From a virus (taxonomy: Duplodnaviria > Heunggongvirae > Uroviricota > Caudoviricetes), in the IMG/VR virus record IMGVR_UViG_3300035498_002028: a DNA stretch of 29,397 nt; one strand, given 5' to 3'. The position numbers were made by a program, and so were the translations under genes. Below, one piece after another: positions 28,881 to 29,397 of the stretch (position 1 is its first letter; each line of letters begins with the position of its first letter). The notes under the pieces were generated by a model. That model made no database searches and had not been told where the DNA came from. It worked only from the letters and a program-made list of their open reading frames with translations.

Positions 28881-28914
28881 AAGGGATAGCTTAATTGCTA
28901 TCCCTTTATTTTTT
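28881..28914. terminator. Terminator between convergent transcription units
   Basis: AAGGGATAGC-ttaatt-GCTATCCCTT followed by TATTTTTT; overlaps the stop codon of the minus-strand gene. Confidence 0.75.
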
Positions 28915-29104
28915 CAGCTTCCCGCATATGCGAAAATCTTTCATCAAGTGTGTAATCCAGTGATTCTCTTAAATCTTCATTTTTCCTTCCATGACCTCGC
29001 AATGTTTCCTCAATTTCACAGTGGATTTTATTTATAATTTCAGTTTCCATATAGAGTAAATCTTTTACCCTTATTTGATTTGCATTCATTACATTATCAC
29101 CCAA
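28898..29104 (-). CDS. Hypothetical protein
   Basis: 68-aa ORF that follows the upstream minus-strand ORF after 5 nt. Confidence 0.5.
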   Translation of the reverse strand: MGDNVMNANQIRVKDLLYMETEIINKIHCEIEETLRGHGRKNEDLRESLDYTLDERFSHMREAEKIKG

Positions 29105-29109
29105 TCTTT

Positions 29110-29397
29110 CTAATTATTTTCAATTTTATAGTATAACTTACCACCATCATCATAGGCAATTTTAATTTCTGGATATGTTTTACATCTTAATTCACAGTCC
29201 GTAACGAAATCACAATCTCGGTTTACGCATGATAAATAACCACATTCCATGGAGCCATTATCTTCTTTTCGTATACGATTTTTTGATAGTTTACCGTTTT
29301 GCAAAACTTTAAAGATATTTGAATACTGCATTAAAGCTGAGTATTCTAATTCATTCCCACATACCGGACATTTGTTTAATAATTTAAGCTCGCCCAT
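29110..29397 (-). CDS. Zinc-ribbon-like hypothetical protein
   Basis: CPVCG...CVNRDC; starts at the window edge. Confidence 0.55.
   Translation of the reverse strand: MGELKLLNKCPVCGNELEYSALMQYSNIFKVLQNGKLSKNRIRKEDNGSMECGYLSCVNRDCDFVTDCELRCKTYPEIKIAYDDGGKLYYKIENN

Overview
AT-rich late (virion) region of a large tailed phage or prophage, probably of a Firmicutes/Clostridia host (inferred from gene order and GGAGG RBSs), almost all on the + strand. Order: tail-associated small genes, a tyrosine recombinase, a very large tape measure protein (TMP) gene, distal tail and tail-tip genes, a holin/CHAP-endolysin lysis cassette, a cluster of fibre-like genes, a diversity-generating retroelement (DGR), then small Zn-finger genes. 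The TMP gene is split by a 765-nt group I-like intron (4319-5083). I can read P1 with its U.G pair, P10, the P4/P5/P6/P8 core, P9.0 and a terminal G, and splicing restores the frame (KNVG|IFRN, about 3220 aa). The intron carries no homing endonuclease. Instead it holds an antisense Zn-ribbon gene with its own near-consensus sigma70 promoter. The DGR has a target with VR 26648-26757, a hairpin, TR 26881-26990 and an RT, with 18 of 20 VR/TR mismatches at TR adenines. It has no recognisable avd, and its TR is enclosed by a 15-bp long-range stem. All calls come from reading the sequence by eye; no database searches or folding programs were run.
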